Below are positions 48,470 to 59,930 of a stretch of 64,000 nucleotides of DNA, piece by piece (position 1 is the stretch's first letter; every line of letters starts with the position of its first letter). Made by a program: the position numbers and the translations under genes. Source of the DNA: Candidatus Woesearchaeota archaeon (GTDB taxonomy: Archaea; Nanobdellota; Nanobdellia; Woesearchaeales; SKIA01); contig JBLKOP010000003.1 of assembly GCA_047602905.1 (NCBI GenBank), forward strand, positions 15,508 to 79,507, given 5' to 3'. The notes below the pieces were generated by a model. It made no database searches, was not told the origin of the DNA, and saw nothing but the letters and a program-made list of their open reading frames with translations.

Positions 48470-49792
48470 GTGACGCAACACCACGTTATCGCACTCATCA
48501 TACTGTACTTCGTAATAGTATTAGCAATAGGGTGGTGGTCAAGAAAAAAAGAAACCAACGAAGGATTCCTACTCGCAAACAGAAACCTAGGAGTGTTCGC
48601 ACTCACAGGAACATTGCTAGCAAGCATGTTTGGAGGAACAGCAATCATCGTAACGATGAGCTTTGTCTACGACTACGGAGCAGCAATCATATGGGCTTTT
48701 CTAAGCACAACAATAGGCTGCTTCTTACTAGCAGCTCTTGTACCAAAAATAAAAAAACTCGCTGATAAGAAAAAACACCACACATACTCAGACTACTTCT
48801 TTGAAAAATACGGAAAACAAGCAGGAACACTCGTAGCAAGCATAATACTACTCGTGTACTTTGGTTACTTACTCGTACAACTCATAGCAGGAAGCATTAT
48901 CTTATCAACACTCACAACACTCACCTACACAGCAGCAGTCGTTCTTGTAGGAGGAACAATTATTTTGTACGTATACACAGCAGGGTTTAGAGCAGTAGTA
49001 AAAACAGACGTTTTCCAATACCTCATAATACTCTTACTCTTCATTCTCTCAATAGACATTTTTCGCAACGCACAAACAATACCAACACAAGAACTCAACT
49101 TACTGGCAGCAGGAGGAATAAACACCATAGGATTTCTTATCTACGGAATAATGATACTCTTCGTAGGAGCAGAATTCTGGCAAAGAATATACGCAGCAAA
49201 AAACAACTCAGTAGCAAGAAAATCACTTATAATAACAGGAACACTCTTCTTCTTACTAGGAATACTCGTAGTGCTTATAGGACTATCAGTAAAAGCAAGC
49301 TTTCCAGACATTATCCCAACAACAGCACTCATAGTAGGTTTTGAACAACTCCTCTCAGGATACCTACTAGGAATAGGCTTAGTCCTACTATTCGCAGCAG
49401 TCATGTCATCAGCAGATACATTTCTGTTTGTTCTCTCAACAAGCGTATCAAAAGATTTTCTTGCAAGAAAAAACAAACAAGCACTCACAAAACACACCCA
49501 ACACTTCACCATAGCAATAGGAATACTCGCGATAATAGTAGCGATACTCTTTGACAACATAGTAGAAGTCGTTACTTCAATAGTAGGAATAAGCTTCGCA
49601 CTCTTTCCAGCAACAATATTTAGTTTCTGGTACAAACTACACCCAAAAGCAGTCAACATAAGCATAATACTAGGAATAGCAGGAGCAATACTTGCGTTTA
49701 TAACAATAGGAATAAGCGTAGAAGCAGCACTCGTATCACTACCAATAGCACTCATAACACTAGGAATAATGCAAAGTATACACAAGAACTAG
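48470..49792 (+). CDS. Sodium:solute symporter family protein
   Basis: FLLANR, GFRAVVKTDVFQ, WQRIYAAK, AAVMSSAD. Confidence 0.92.
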   Translation: MTQHHVIALIILYFVIVLAIGWWSRKKETNEGFLLANRNLGVFALTGTLLASMFGGTAIIVTMSFVYDYGAAIIWAFLSTTIGCFLLAALVPKIKKLADKKKHHTYSDYFFEKYGKQAGTLVASIILLVYFGYLLVQLIAGSIILSTLTTLTYTAAVVLVGGTIILYVYTAGFRAVVKTDVFQYLIILLLFILSIDIFRNAQTIPTQELNLLAAGGINTIGFLIYGIMILFVGAEFWQRIYAAKNNSVARKSLIITGTLFFLLGILVVLIGLSVKASFPDIIPTTALIVGFEQLLSGYLLGIGLVLLFAAVMSSADTFLFVLSTSVSKDFLARKNKQALTKHTQHFTIAIGILAIIVAILFDNIVEVVTSIVGISFALFPATIFSFWYKLHPKAVNISIILGIAGAILAFITIGISVEAALVSLPIALITLGIMQSIHKN

Positions 49793-49819
49793 TTGTGTGT
49801 GAAAAGCGTATACGAAAAA

Positions 49820-49847
49820 ATAGTTTTTTTTGCAAAAAACTTTCGTA
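49820..49847. terminator. Inverted repeat with T-tract after the symporter gene
   Basis: TACGAAA..AGTTTTTT.TGCAAAAAACT.TTCGTA. Confidence 0.4.
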
Positions 49848-49895
49848 AACGTACAAGTAACACATTTAATATACTCATACATCTATAGATATACT

Positions 49896-50027
49896 ATGCC
49901 AAAATACATATATGCTCACGACCCCCAAATAGACCGACGAGTAGTGCATGTAATTAAAGGAGAATACGCTATTTCTATGGTAACAGGGAATAAATTTGTA
50001 TACAAACCAAAAAAAGAAGTAACATGA
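49896..50027 (+). CDS. Small hypothetical protein (43 aa)
   Basis: MPKYIYAHDPQIDRRVVHVIKGEYAISMVTGNKFVYKPKKEVT*; ATGA overlap with the next gene. Confidence 0.55.
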   Translation: MPKYIYAHDPQIDRRVVHVIKGEYAISMVTGNKFVYKPKKEVT

Positions 50028-50473
50028 AGTACAGAGAAACACTTCTTGAAACAAAAGAAATACTTACAGACATACAAAACGAAATAACAAACCAAAATGA
50101 GTTCTCAGCACTTCTTCTCGCTCACGGGTACATCGAAGCGTATTTGCGAGAGTGGTTTTTTATCTCAGGAAATATATCTAAAGAAACATTTAATAAACAA
50201 ACAATAAAGGATATTGAACGATTTAGTTTTACATACGTGTTATACACTCATCTCGTACTAGGAAATATTACTTACTCATTGTTTAAACAAATAAGCTCAT
50301 TTAATCAAAAAAGAAACGTTATTGCTCACGAAATAATAAAAATAAATCGTACACATACAAAAACAAAAAAATCACTTCATTCATCAATACAAATATCCTC
50401 GAGTATCATAAAACAACTCGCAAAAAAATATCAACAGTCACTTAATAAGTACCAAAAAAGTATACGCGCATAA
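50024..50473 (+). CDS. Hypothetical protein with HEPN-like Rx4H motif
   Basis: ALLLAHGYIEAYL...FNQKRNVIAH; very AT-rich. Confidence 0.6.
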   Translation: MKYRETLLETKEILTDIQNEITNQNEFSALLLAHGYIEAYLREWFFISGNISKETFNKQTIKDIERFSFTYVLYTHLVLGNITYSLFKQISSFNQKRNVIAHEIIKINRTHTKTKKSLHSSIQISSSIIKQLAKKYQQSLNKYQKSIRA

Positions 50474-50475
50474 AC

Positions 50476-51708
50476 TCACTCAAATAACTCTAAATCAAGT
50501 TCTTCAAGCTCACCAACAGAAAGCTTCTCTTCCTCGCCAGTTCTCATGTTCTTGAGTGTAACAACGCCTTCATCCAAGTCGCGTTTTCCAACGACAAGAA
50601 CAAAAGAGATGTTTTGTTTATCAGCATAATCAAGATTCTTAGAAATACTACGCCCCATAACATCAAGATCAACGCGATACCCAATTTTTCTTAGTGTCTG
50701 AGCAAACACAAACGCTTCCTGAACAACGCCAATAGGAGCAACGAAAATATCAGCAAAAGAAACTCCTTGATCAAACTGAACAGCAAGTAACGCCTCAGTA
50801 AGCGGCTCAACACCAAAGGAGCAGCCAACAGCAGGAAGTACTTCACCACCACGCATCTGACCAATAATGTTATCGTAACGACCACCAGCAGCAACACTAG
50901 AAGTAACCACGGAGTCCTTTAAGAACACCTCAAAAACCGTGCCCGTATAATAATTAAGGCCTCTAGCAAGAGAAGGATCAAAAACAACGTTTTCAGAATT
51001 TACTAATGAAAACACTTCTCGCAACTCACGAACAGCAACAGAATCATCAAAAGAATCCAAATCTTTCTTGATAAAAGAAAACAACCCACTAACCTGCTCT
51101 TCTGACAAATACTCAAGATACTGCTTTCGTAACTCCTCCTCACCAATTTTACGAATTTTATCAAGCAACGTAATAGTCTTTTGCTTCTCAGAAATACCCA
51201 GCGAACTAAGAACCTCATCAAGTAACTTACGGTTATTCACCCGAATCTCATACTCGAAAGGAAGCTCAGAGAACACGAAATCAAGTAATTGCAAGCACTC
51301 AGCGTCAGCAACCATGGACGAAGAACCAACAATATCTGCGTCACACTGCCAGAACTCGCGCGTACGACCAGCCTTAATAGGGCCGTCGCGATACACGCGA
51401 CCAATCTCAAAGCGCTTGAAAGGAAGCTTCAAATCCTTATTCTCAGCAACAAAACGACACAAAGGAACCGTTAAGTCAAAACGAAGACCAAGCTCACGAC
51501 CGCCTTGATCAGAGAGAGAAAACAACTCACTCATAACATCCTCATCCCCCGCGAACTTAAAGGTTAACGTCTCCTTACGCTGAATAACTGAAGAAGAAAA
51601 AGCAGAGAAGCCAAAGCGCTCAAACGCATCAACAACAAGAGAGAACAACTCTTGTCTAACAACCTCTACCTCAGGAGGATAATCCTTAACTCCGCGCGCA
51701 AGTTCCAT
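50476..51708 (-). CDS. hisS: Histidine--tRNA ligase
   Basis: RGVKDY, LRFDLTVP, GRTREFWQCD, LARGLNYYTG, GGRYD. Confidence 0.97.
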   Translation of the reverse strand: MELARGVKDYPPEVEVVRQELFSLVVDAFERFGFSAFSSSVIQRKETLTFKFAGDEDVMSELFSLSDQGGRELGLRFDLTVPLCRFVAENKDLKLPFKRFEIGRVYRDGPIKAGRTREFWQCDADIVGSSSMVADAECLQLLDFVFSELPFEYEIRVNNRKLLDEVLSSLGISEKQKTITLLDKIRKIGEEELRKQYLEYLSEEQVSGLFSFIKKDLDSFDDSVAVRELREVFSLVNSENVVFDPSLARGLNYYTGTVFEVFLKDSVVTSSVAAGGRYDNIIGQMRGGEVLPAVGCSFGVEPLTEALLAVQFDQGVSFADIFVAPIGVVQEAFVFAQTLRKIGYRVDLDVMGRSISKNLDYADKQNISFVLVVGKRDLDEGVVTLKNMRTGEEEKLSVGELEELDLELFE

Positions 51709-51733
51709 ACAACAACAAAATACGTACTATCAT

Positions 51734-52315
51734 TTAAGCGTTTTTGCCCTTGTAACGGCCACGACTCTCAACAACCTCTAAGCGCTCAACTAAACTAGCA
51801 CTAGGGCTGTACTCCTGCCAGAACACCTCCCAACAAGAAAAACCAGGGTGCTTAGCAGCAAGGGAGTGCTTAAGCAAATGAAGATCAACAGCAACGTGCT
51901 CAACGTGCTCTGAGAACTCAGAGAGACCAAAATCAATAAGCACCAACTCATCACCACGAACAAGAACGTTACTCGTCGTTAAGTCCCCATGAACAACGCC
52001 TCTGCTATGAACTTCTTGAATAAGAACGGCTAATTTCTTCATCCAAAAAACGTAGTTCTCCGCAGAAAGAACGTCACGAAGCTGAGAACTGTCAACAAAC
52101 TCCATCTCAATAAGCATTTTTTTATCATTAACAGAAAACACTCTTGGAGCAACTTCTCGTAAACGACTAAGAACTTTTCCTTCCCTGCGCGTACGAAACT
52201 GACGCAAACGAGCATCTAAGTCCTCGTGACGATACGATTTTTTCTCACGAGACTTCACAACACCTCTCTTTGTTCTCGTAATAGTAGCTTCAGCGCCGCG
52301 ATCAATAACTGTCAT
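51734..52315 (-). CDS. bud32: KEOPS kinase Bud32
   Basis: RGAEA, KSYRH..LD, HGDLTTSN, IDFGL, VESRGRY. Confidence 0.95.
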   Translation of the reverse strand: MTVIDRGAEATITRTKRGVVKSREKKSYRHEDLDARLRQFRTRREGKVLSRLREVAPRVFSVNDKKMLIEMEFVDSSQLRDVLSAENYVFWMKKLAVLIQEVHSRGVVHGDLTTSNVLVRGDELVLIDFGLSEFSEHVEHVAVDLHLLKHSLAAKHPGFSCWEVFWQEYSPSASLVERLEVVESRGRYKGKNA

Positions 52316-52366
52316 GAACAGAAGAGAAAAGAAGAAACTAAAAAAAAGTATTGGAAAAAAGAAGAG

Positions 52367-53200
52367 TTATTTCTTCTCTTTAGAAGAAGAATCCTCTTCC
52401 TCATCATCGTCTTCAGGATTAAACTCAAGCTCCTCAGAGGAGATATCACTATCTGCACGAAGCTGAGCAACTAAGCTATCAACCTCGTCTTCATCCTCCT
52501 CCTCGTCATCATCAAGCATAGCCTGCTCGACTTCTTCACGAAGAGCAGCGATAGCATCAACAGAATCCTTCTTCAAGTTCTTTTTACGAAGCTCATACTG
52601 CACTTCCTCAACAGCACCAGCAGCTTCATCATACTCGCCAGCGTACTTTAAGAAACGAATATCTACGCTTCGAGTAGGAAACACTGAGCTTAACTGATCT
52701 TTTAAGTAGCGCTGCATACGCCCCTCAACAACTTCGTTAATGAGCGTCTCGATAGTATACTTACTCGTAAACGCACGAACAATCTGCTTTGTTTTAGCAC
52801 GAAGAGCACGCTGCATATCGTTTTTTGCAAGGCTACGAGTCATAACAATAGGCTTTATACGAATAAGATCTCCGTTACTAACTTTCGCTAAGAAACTATC
52901 AGCAACTTTACTGCGTCCTCTACGAGCAAGGCGTCTAGCAGCGTTATGCTGCAACTCAACACCCAAAGCCTTTGTGTGAGCAACTCCTTCAGTAACCTGA
53001 GTTACTAAGAAATACGCATCCATACTTTGCTTCTTAGGATTACCTGTTAACGTCATTACATTAACCTTAACAGGTTTATGAAGAATACTTTCTGTCTCCC
53101 AAACCATCGTCTCACCAATAAGCTGCTTGTTAAAGAGCTCTGGAGCGTGGATAGGATACCATTTACGCTTACCTTTTCGAATCTTTTGATTACTTGCCAT
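52367..53200 (-). CDS. rps3ae: 30S ribosomal protein eS1 (S3Ae) with acidic C-terminal extension
   Basis: KRKWYPIHAPELF...IGET, RRGRSKV, VFPTRSVDIR. Confidence 0.88.
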   Translation of the reverse strand: MASNQKIRKGKRKWYPIHAPELFNKQLIGETMVWETESILHKPVKVNVMTLTGNPKKQSMDAYFLVTQVTEGVAHTKALGVELQHNAARRLARRGRSKVADSFLAKVSNGDLIRIKPIVMTRSLAKNDMQRALRAKTKQIVRAFTSKYTIETLINEVVEGRMQRYLKDQLSSVFPTRSVDIRFLKYAGEYDEAAGAVEEVQYELRKKNLKKDSVDAIAALREEVEQAMLDDDEEEDEDEVDSLVAQLRADSDISSEELEFNPEDDDEEEDSSSKEKK

Positions 53201-53319
53201 TTTTTCTTGTTCGAGACCCCCAACTTAATGGTAGAGATCAATGCTCGTCTTACGGTCTCTAGAAACAAGCAAAAAACGCTTCAGTTTAAAAAAGCATCTG
53301 AGAACTTTAAAAAGAAACT

Positions 53320-55242
<1,923 letters not shown>

Positions 55243-55251
55243 TTAGGCTGG

Positions 55252-56034
55252 TTAGTACGTCCATCCTTGACGTTTCATAAATGAGAGCGCCTTATCATAT
55301 GGTTTCTTAAATACGCTACCGACCTTTGTTGGTAAATCAAGATATACTAAAAAAATAGCGACTACAAGAATAGCTACGTTATCCATGTTTGGAAGAGGAG
55401 TAACTGGTACGTTGTGAGCCCATAAAAAATATTGGTCCATGAATGGATCAAATAACGCAACAAACGGAACAACGTACAACAAATACCCTTCTAAGTTTTT
55501 TGGGTTATGTTTTTTTGCATCAAGTAGTCCTCGCAGTGCGAGCAAATAGTTTCCGTGGCTGCGAATTTCTTGGCGATTAATTACTTCATATTCGCGTGCA
55601 GCTTCTAGAAATTGTGTGTACGCGACTAGAAGTTCTTGTTTTGTTGCTGTATTAGCAATCCATCGTTTTTCGATACTAAGAAAGTTTTCTTGCTTGTGCA
55701 GTAATTTATCGTAGTAAGATAAGAGGTTACGTAGTACTTGCTTGGGAATTTTTGCTTCAGAAGAGAGCTTTTTTCGAGGGTCGTTTTGTTTAACGATATC
55801 AAGGATGTTTTGTTCACGCATATTTAGTCTTGAGATCAACTCTTGTACTTGTTTCTTGTCTGGCCGAGAAAATAACACTCGTAAAAACCGGTGTTCTGCA
55901 CGAAGAAGTCTTTTAGTAAAGAAAAATCGATTATATATTTTTAGACGCTCTTCATAAATACGTACGAGTAGATTTTGTACGCGAAGAGTATTTTTGAGAA
56001 CATCAGCGTAACTAATAAGCTCTTCTTTACTCAT
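55252..56034 (-). CDS. Hypothetical protein with two C-terminal TM-like segments
   Basis: 260-aa ORF with an AGGTG SD-like motif upstream. Confidence 0.7.
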   Translation of the reverse strand: MSKEELISYADVLKNTLRVQNLLVRIYEERLKIYNRFFFTKRLLRAEHRFLRVLFSRPDKKQVQELISRLNMREQNILDIVKQNDPRKKLSSEAKIPKQVLRNLLSYYDKLLHKQENFLSIEKRWIANTATKQELLVAYTQFLEAAREYEVINRQEIRSHGNYLLALRGLLDAKKHNPKNLEGYLLYVVPFVALFDPFMDQYFLWAHNVPVTPLPNMDNVAILVVAIFLVYLDLPTKVGSVFKKPYDKALSFMKRQGWTY

Positions 56035-56065
56035 ACACCTTTATGAAAGGCCAATTCTTAAAAAC

Positions 56066-56344
56066 TTATCCGATTGCTCGGCGCACATCAGTTGTTTCAC
56101 AACTCATAACGCCCTCAAGAGACTCGATTTCTTCCTCAAGAACATCAGCACTACCCTTGCTCTCATCCATAACAAAAATGATATTAAGACTTTTTAGGCC
56201 AAAAGCAACAGGTTCAGTGGTGACTTTTGTCTCGTCATTACCACTAAACGTAGCGATTAGAGTAAGAGCTTTTTCTTGAAGAACTGCTAAATCAACATCA
56301 GGGCTTTCAGGCATGATTTTTAAGGTAATAATTGCTTTAGCCAT
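56066..56344 (-). CDS. ef1b: Elongation factor 1-beta
   Basis: KIMPESPDVDL, EPVAFGLKSL. Confidence 0.95.
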   Translation of the reverse strand: MAKAIITLKIMPESPDVDLAVLQEKALTLIATFSGNDETKVTTEPVAFGLKSLNIIFVMDESKGSADVLEEEIESLEGVMSCETTDVRRAIG

Positions 56345-56508
56345 TAGTTAGGACCCTCAAAACCGCACTTGCTACACGTGTACTTCACAACGATTTGTCG
56401 AGAACTCATGCTGCGAGTAATAACTTCTTCACCACAAGCAGGACAAGGAAAACTCACTGCTCCATTATCGTTAGCGACACTCACGTTAGCTGTTGTATCC
56501 ATTTTCAT
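56344..56508 (-). CDS. Small Zn-ribbon protein (DUF1610/HVO_2753-like, not in ORF track)
   Basis: MKMDTTANVSVANDNGAVSFPCPACGEEVITRSMSSRQIVVKYTCSKCGFEGPN*; usual position upstream of EF-1beta. Confidence 0.88.
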   Translation of the reverse strand: MKMDTTANVSVANDNGAVSFPCPACGEEVITRSMSSRQIVVKYTCSKCGFEGPN

Positions 56509-56539
56509 GTTGCTAGCGAACACAAAGGGCTTTATAAGC

Positions 56540-58111
56540 TTAATGCTGGACGAGTTGTTTCTTAGCAGAACGTACTAAGCCAAGAAACACCGGTGCAGGA
56601 GCGTCTAAACTACTTTTTAGTTCAGGGTGCGCTTGTGTAGCGACAAAGAACGGGTGTTCTGGCAACTCAATAAACTCTACTAAGTCTTCGTACATACCAG
56701 AAAACACTAGTCCGTGCTCAAGAAACGTTTCGTGATAGAAAGGGTTTACCTCATAGCGGTGTCGGTGACGCTCAGAAACCGTAAGGGAATCGTAGAGGCC
56801 AGCAACTAAGCTGTTTTTTTGTAGCTGAGCAGTGTACGCACCAAGACGCATAGTACCTCCTTTTTGCGTAACAGCCTTTTGTTCTTTAAGAATATCAACA
56901 ACAGGGTGCTTGGTGTCAGGATGTACTTCTGTTGTGTGAGCACCTGCTAGTTTGCAGACGTTACGAGCAAACTCCACAACAGCGAGTTGTAAACCATAGC
57001 ACAACCCAAGGTAGGGAACGTTATTTTCTCGACAATACTGAATAATACGTATTTTTCCCTCGATACCACGACTACCAAAACCACCAGGAACAATTACTGC
57101 GTCAACATCAGAAAGAACTTCTTCTACATTGTTATCCTCAGACGTTTCAACCCAAACAATGTTCGCAGCCACTCCTACATGAGCGCACGAATGCTTAATT
57201 GCTTCTACAACAGAAGCGTAGCTATCCTCAAGAGCAGTGTATTTACCAGCAATACCAATAGTAAGGGTTTCTTCTGGACAAGCAAGCGCTTCTAAGTACG
57301 TATCCCAAGAACCACTATACGTTGCTTGTAAACCAAGAGTGTCATTAATTACTTCCAAAAGTCCTTGGTTAGCGAAGTTACGAGGGATTTGATACACGTC
57401 AGGTAAGTCATGACCACTAATGACTTTAGCGCAGTTACAGAAACGACGAATTTTGTGCTTGATATCCTCAGGAACAGGCTCCTCGCAACGAGCAATAATA
57501 ACATCAGGAATGATACCTCTTTGAAGAAGTAGTTGCGTGCTTTGTTGCGCAGGCTTAGTTTTGTGCTCGCCAATCCAACCAGGGCGAGGAACGTACGCTA
57601 AATGAACAAACAAACAATTATTCGCTCCTACATCATCAGCAAGCTGCCTAGCAGCCTCTACGTATAACTCGTTTTCTATATCTCCAATCGTTCCTCCCAC
57701 CTCAACAAGCAGTACGTCTAGTTTCTGTGCACAAGAGAGTATTCGCTCCTTAATATGATCAGTTACGTGAGGAACGAACTGAACAGTCTTTCCTAAGTAA
57801 TCTCCTTCTCGCTCACGACTCATAATCGTTGAGAACACCTTTCCCATAGTGATGCTGTGCTCACCAGTAGGAGTAGTTTTTAAGAATCGCTCGTAGTGAC
57901 CAAAATCCATGTCTACCTCGCTTCCGTCTTCAAGAACAAAGACTTCTCCGTGCTCAATAGGATTCATCGTTCCTGGATCAACGTTAAGATACCCATCAAG
58001 CTTAATAGCACCTACTCTGTAAGTATCACTAAGAAGATGTCCTATGCTCGCAGCAGCAACTCCTTTTCCAAGTCCGCTAAGAACCCCCCCGGTGACGAAT
58101 ATTATTTTCAC
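56540..58111 (-). CDS. pyrG: CTP synthase
   Basis: TGGVLSGLGKG, NVDPGTM, KTKPAQ, GLCYG, ERHRHRYE, QAHPE. Confidence 0.97.
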   Translation of the reverse strand: MKIIFVTGGVLSGLGKGVAAASIGHLLSDTYRVGAIKLDGYLNVDPGTMNPIEHGEVFVLEDGSEVDMDFGHYERFLKTTPTGEHSITMGKVFSTIMSREREGDYLGKTVQFVPHVTDHIKERILSCAQKLDVLLVEVGGTIGDIENELYVEAARQLADDVGANNCLFVHLAYVPRPGWIGEHKTKPAQQSTQLLLQRGIIPDVIIARCEEPVPEDIKHKIRRFCNCAKVISGHDLPDVYQIPRNFANQGLLEVINDTLGLQATYSGSWDTYLEALACPEETLTIGIAGKYTALEDSYASVVEAIKHSCAHVGVAANIVWVETSEDNNVEEVLSDVDAVIVPGGFGSRGIEGKIRIIQYCRENNVPYLGLCYGLQLAVVEFARNVCKLAGAHTTEVHPDTKHPVVDILKEQKAVTQKGGTMRLGAYTAQLQKNSLVAGLYDSLTVSERHRHRYEVNPFYHETFLEHGLVFSGMYEDLVEFIELPEHPFFVATQAHPELKSSLDAPAPVFLGLVRSAKKQLVQH

Positions 58112-58159
58112 TACAACTTTTTTCTGAAAAAATACTTATAACGTTTATGGTCTTGTAAG

Positions 58160-58777
58160 CTATAACCGGCCGTTGCGCATATACTCCTCAAGGTCTTCTT
58201 TACTCATCTCTGTTCGCTGCTCAAAGAGTTTATGCACTCGTTTCTGCTCCTCTCGTAACGTGTAGCCGTACGCAAGACCAGCGCTTAAGCCTGCGAAGTG
58301 AGCAAAGGTTGCTATGTTACTTGCTGAGAACGTAAAGAAAATATCTGTTAGTACGATAAGTACGATAAGGTGCTTTAGGCGCATAGGAACTACACCCCAC
58401 AACAGCACTTGCATGTTTGGTGCAAGCATAGCAGTTACTCCAAGAACACCCATAAGCGCTCCGCTTGCTCCAAGAGCCGCTTCGTAAAAGAACGAAGCAA
58501 TAAGAGAGGCGAATATACCTGTAAGCAAGTAAAACACTATAAAGCGCTTACTTCCTAGACGCGCTTCTATAAGAGGACCAAAAAAGAAGAGGATGAACAT
58601 GTTAAAGAGTAAGTGCATAGTTGATCCGTGAAGAAACGTGCTGGTAAGAAGAATCCACGGTCTTGTGAGCACGTCACTGCTTTGCAGCATAAACAACGCA
58701 GTAAACGGCTGGTACTGTATTTGTATAATAAACGCAACGATATTAATTGCTAAAAACGTGTTTGTTACTCTACCCAT
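58160..58777 (-). CDS. Rhomboid family intramembrane serine protease
   Basis: FLHGSTMHLLFNM, GASG, AHFAG. Confidence 0.94.
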   Translation of the reverse strand: MGRVTNTFLAINIVAFIIQIQYQPFTALFMLQSSDVLTRPWILLTSTFLHGSTMHLLFNMFILFFFGPLIEARLGSKRFIVFYLLTGIFASLIASFFYEAALGASGALMGVLGVTAMLAPNMQVLLWGVVPMRLKHLIVLIVLTDIFFTFSASNIATFAHFAGLSAGLAYGYTLREEQKRVHKLFEQRTEMSKEDLEEYMRNGRL

Positions 58778-58852
58778 ATACAGTAGTGAATGAAGTACTT
58801 GTTTTAATGTTTATGCACAAATTTATATACCTACAACTCCCTTTGCAAAGGC

Positions 58853-59188
58853 ATGGGAGAACAAACCGACTACTCTGTCTTATTAATTGTTGCTTGCGTA
58901 GCAGTCGTTGCTATGGTAGTAATGATTCAACCAAGCTTTTCTTCTTCACAAAAATCTCTTGCTGGAGCAGCTACTGCAAACGCTGACGTACTTGTTTACG
59001 CACTAGCAACAGGTGTTTGTCCTGCAGGCTATGTGTGTGACGTAAATAACGACGGTGTTATTGATGAACGAGACTTAGCAGTAATTAATCAACAAGAAAC
59101 CTCGTATACCAAACCAGCAGTTATTTCAGCAAGTACTCATAGAAGTGTTGTTGTCGGCTATCATAGCATAGCAACAACACTCGCATAA
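58853..59188 (+). CDS. Small membrane-anchored protein with a dockerin/EF-hand-like loop
   Basis: N-terminal TM; CDVNNDGVIDERDL. Confidence 0.7.
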   Translation: MGEQTDYSVLLIVACVAVVAMVVMIQPSFSSSQKSLAGAATANADVLVYALATGVCPAGYVCDVNNDGVIDERDLAVINQQETSYTKPAVISASTHRSVVVGYHSIATTLA

Positions 59189-59190
59189 AC

Positions 59191-59331
59191 TTATACTTCT
59201 GCTTTTTTTGCTCCGCGCATAAACCCTTCTTCCCAGTCAGAGATACCGTCAGCGTCTAAGAGCTCATCAGTATTCTGCATGACATCCAGGTCATCGTTTT
59301 TTGGCTTGTACAGCCAGTAATTGTATTGCAT
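59191..59331 (-). CDS. Small acidic protein (46 aa, not in ORF track)
   Basis: MQYNYWLYKPKNDDLDVMQNTDELLDADGISDWEEGFMRGAKKAEV*; GGGGGTG SD-like motif. Confidence 0.65.
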   Translation of the reverse strand: MQYNYWLYKPKNDDLDVMQNTDELLDADGISDWEEGFMRGAKKAEV

Positions 59332-59389
59332 TCTTTGTGCACCCCCACTACGTACTCTCTAGTGTTTGTGCTTTTTAATTCTTATGAAC

Positions 59390-59500
59390 TTATGTGTACG
59401 CAAGTAGGGTTTCTTGGCGTAGTGTTCGTGGTTCTCGTTCTTGGTAGCGCTTCGCGTAGCGCTCATAAAAATCTGCTGGGTATGTGTTCGTCCATGTCAT
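59390..59500 (-). CDS. Small hypothetical protein (36 aa, not in ORF track)
   Basis: MTWTNTYPADFYERYAKRYQEREPRTLRQETLLAYT*; GGAGGGAG SD and TATATAAA upstream. Confidence 0.5.
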   Translation of the reverse strand: MTWTNTYPADFYERYAKRYQEREPRTLRQETLLAYT

Positions 59501-59599
59501 GACTCTCTCCCTCCAATACTTTCTTTATGGAAAAGAAAGTTTATATAGTTTATGAATTATATATTGCAGAATAGAAAAAAAACGTATTTATAAACAACC

Positions 59600-59914
59600 C
59601 TATTGGTGCTTCTCAAGAACTCTCTTAAGCTCATCCTTAGGCATAGCACCCATAACGCGCTCAACAGGCTGACCACCCTTAAAAATAATGAGTGTAGGAA
59701 TGCTCTGAACAGCAAACTGCCCAGCAAGCTCAGACTGATCATCAACATCAACCTTAAAAAAACCAACATCAGAAACCTCCTGAGATAACTCCTCAAAAAC
59801 AGGAGCTAAGCGCTTACAAGGGCCGCACCAATCAGCATAGAAATCAACAATGACTGCGTTGTCCGCGCCAAGCACGGAGCTCTCAAAAGATTCTTTAGTA
59901 ACGTGTTCTACCAT
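59600..59914 (-). CDS. trxA: Thioredoxin
   Basis: DFYADWCGPCK, VQSIPT. Confidence 0.96.
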   Translation of the reverse strand: MVEHVTKESFESSVLGADNAVIVDFYADWCGPCKRLAPVFEELSQEVSDVGFFKVDVDDQSELAGQFAVQSIPTLIIFKGGQPVERVMGAMPKDELKRVLEKHQ

Positions 59915-59930
59915 ACAAACAACAAATACT

